Shown here one piece after another: positions 61,770 to 64,000 of a stretch of DNA of 64,000 nt. The notes under the pieces were generated by a model. That model saw only the letters and a list, made by a program, of their open reading frames with translations, did no database searches and had not been told where the DNA came from. Position numbers and translations under genes: made by a program. Numbering within the stretch: position 1 is the stretch's first letter; each line of letters opens with the position of its first letter. Source of the DNA: Octopus vulgaris (taxonomy: Eukaryota); assembly GCA_951406725.2 (NCBI GenBank), contig OX597821.1, positions 76,632,001 through 76,696,000 on the forward strand, given 5' to 3'.

Positions 61770-62425
61770 GACAGTAAAAATAAGAAAAAAGTGGAGATTT
61801 TACCAGTGAGTGTGTTACATTATAAGGTACAAAAAGAAAGTGACTCTCCCCAGACACAATAGAATATGCTTCAACACACGAACTCATATAAAGAATTTTG
61901 CAAACCAAATCCAAAAACGAAATGTAACAGAAGTTATTGATAAACCATTAACATTAATTTTTATTATAGAAAAACATAAAAAAACAGTTTTTGCTCTAAA
62001 ATGTGCCAGAACTATAAAATTCATTATCTTCACTTAAATTGAGGGTAGCGGAAATTAAATCAAGTTGACTTGGGTTAATGGAAGTTAAATATGACAGAAG
62101 TTAATTAGTCCGATAATGATTTCCAATGTTAATTTAAAAGTTAAATCGTTAATGAAAATGTTAACTTCATTAATTAGCGATTAATGGATTGGTGTCCAGA
62201 TTTGGAAATATGATATGACAAAAGTATGAGGAAGAGTAAATAAGCAACCATACAAAAATAATATTAACCTCTTCCCCAGCAACTGTTTTTGGGGAAAATG
62301 TTTCATTTATCAGACGAGTTTGTACTCTCATCCTGATGTATCCAAGCTTCTCATGGAAGATTCATGCTCATTGTTATCTTCTGAGCTCGACATTTGGGCG
62401 TACTTTGTTAACAGAAAAGACAGAT

Positions 62426-62770
62426 AGGCGTAGGAGTGGCTGTGTGGTAAGTAGCTTGCTCACCAACCACATTGTTCCGGGTTCAGTCTCACTGCGTGAC
62501 ACCTTGGGCAAGTGTCTTCTACTATAGCCTCAGGCCGACCAAAGCCTTGTGAGTGGATTTGGTAGACAGAAACTGAAAGAAGCCCATCGTATATATATAT
62601 ATATATCTATGTGTGTGTATATGTTTGTGTGTCTGTGTTTGTCCCCCCAACATCGCTTGACAACTGATGCTGGTGTGTTTAGGTCCCCGTAACTTAGCGG
62701 TTCGGCAAAAGAGACTGACAGAATAAGTACTAGGCTTCCAAAGAATAAGTCCTGGGGTCGATTTGCTTCC
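62426..62770 (+). mobile_element. SINE family A (3' truncated)
   Basis: Similarity to 398-790. Confidence 0.85.
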
Positions 62771-63730
62771 AACCAGGAAGAAGCTGCCTGACATGGCTCT
62801 TATAACACTATGACTGGGTGCTGAAACAGCTGCTCAACCACTCAAATGTGGATGTGAAATATCTCAATTTTGCAAAGGCCTTCGATATAGTTGATCATGG
62901 AATGATGTTCCAAACTGCATAACCTCAGCATAGTCAACAGATTGGGAGAATGGCTGCATGACTTTCTGAAGGATAGAAGTCAGGTGGTAGTAACCAATGA
63001 GGCCACTGCCAATGACATGCAAATAGTGAGCGATGTTCCATGAGGCACTGTTTTGGGACCACTACTGTTCATAATGACCCTCTCAGATATGCCCTCTTCC
63101 ACATAGAAGGCCACCATCACAAAATGGGCTGAGAAGAATAGCATGCAGTTTCAAGCCTTGTGCTATCAGCATACGAAACTAAATGCAATACCCATTAAAT
63201 ATACTGAACCTGGAGAGATTGCAGTCCCAGAGACACAGTCAGTGCAAGACCTGGGCATTTATATGAGTAATGATGCATCCATCTATGTGCATGTTGCTAA
63301 ATTGGCAATGAAATGCAGGCGGCTGACTGGATGAATTCTTAGAACTTTTAGAACGAGAGAGCAGGAAACCATGATGGTCCTCTGGAGGACACTTGTCCTA
63401 AGCCACTTTGACTATTGCTCCCAGCCATGGTCACCAACCAGTGTCAAATTAATTGCAGAACTTGAGGCATTCCAATAAAGCTACACAAAGAAGATAGCCT
63501 CTATGCAACATATAAGCTACTGGGAAAGACTCAAGAGATTACGACTCTATTCCTTAGAGCGTAGGCGAGAAAGATATGCCATAATATACATCTGGAAGAT
63601 CCTCAAGGGGCTTGTCCCAAACTTTGGCATCGAGAGTTAAAATAAAACTAGAACAGGGTGCCACTGCATAGTGCCAAAGACTTCAAATTTGCCATCAAGA
63701 TATAGGACAAGATATTGCAACAGCCTAGGT
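62771..63730 (+). mobile_element. Degraded copy of the same CR1-group LINE as 40312-42805
   Basis: Direct nucleotide similarity (ACTATGACTGGGTGCTGAAACA..); stops and an internal deletion. Confidence 0.9.
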
Positions 63731-64000
63731 CCCTACTCATGCCTGTGCACACACACACACCTTTTGGATGCTCTCTCTCCTTCTCTCTCACTCTGATAGT
63801 AATTAATTTAACTGTGTAATCTCTTTTACAGCACAAATCCATCTCTAGTTACGAGATTCTCAGAAACAAATTAAACAAAGCTTTTCTCTGCGAGTTTGAT
63901 GCCTGTTCCGATGAAGATTGTATTGAAGTAAGTATTAAGCCTTTTTGTTTGTTTTGTGATTGCTTCATTGTTTATTGCTAAACTCTTTTACTCATTTCAG

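Noticed and set aside
63900-63945. CCGATGA..GAAGT hammerhead-like words
   Set aside because: Both core motifs are altered and no convincing stems form

Overview
AT-rich, repeat-saturated animal genomic DNA. The SINE, RTE and microsatellite landscape suggests an octopus or other coleoid cephalopod (inference). Host genes: one intact single-exon class A GPCR ORF (10747-12048 +) and a probable unannotated spliced gene on + (exons near 24.6-24.8 kb, 31336-31719 and a 29-nt micro-exon at 52318-52346). The rest is transposons and repeats: a full-length pogo, Chapaev3, mariner, Merlin, piggyBac and other MITEs, Helitron fragments, a solo LTR, R4/Dong and Hero RLE retrotransposons, RTE, a young CR1-group LINE, several SINE families, minisatellites and kb-long (TA)n. 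A 7.35-kb segment is duplicated across a 100-N gap, probably an assembly overlap. Main observations: (1) at least six minimal hammerhead-ribozyme motifs in several unrelated small elements, including a tRNA-headed hammerhead element in a head-to-head pair just upstream of a host exon; (2) a LINE/SINE shared 3' stem-loop with compensatory base changes; (3) a 34-bp minisatellite derived from an internal SINE segment; (4) many long intronic palindromes. Most entries in the ORF track are microsatellite artefacts. All family calls come from motif recognition by eye; no searches were run.
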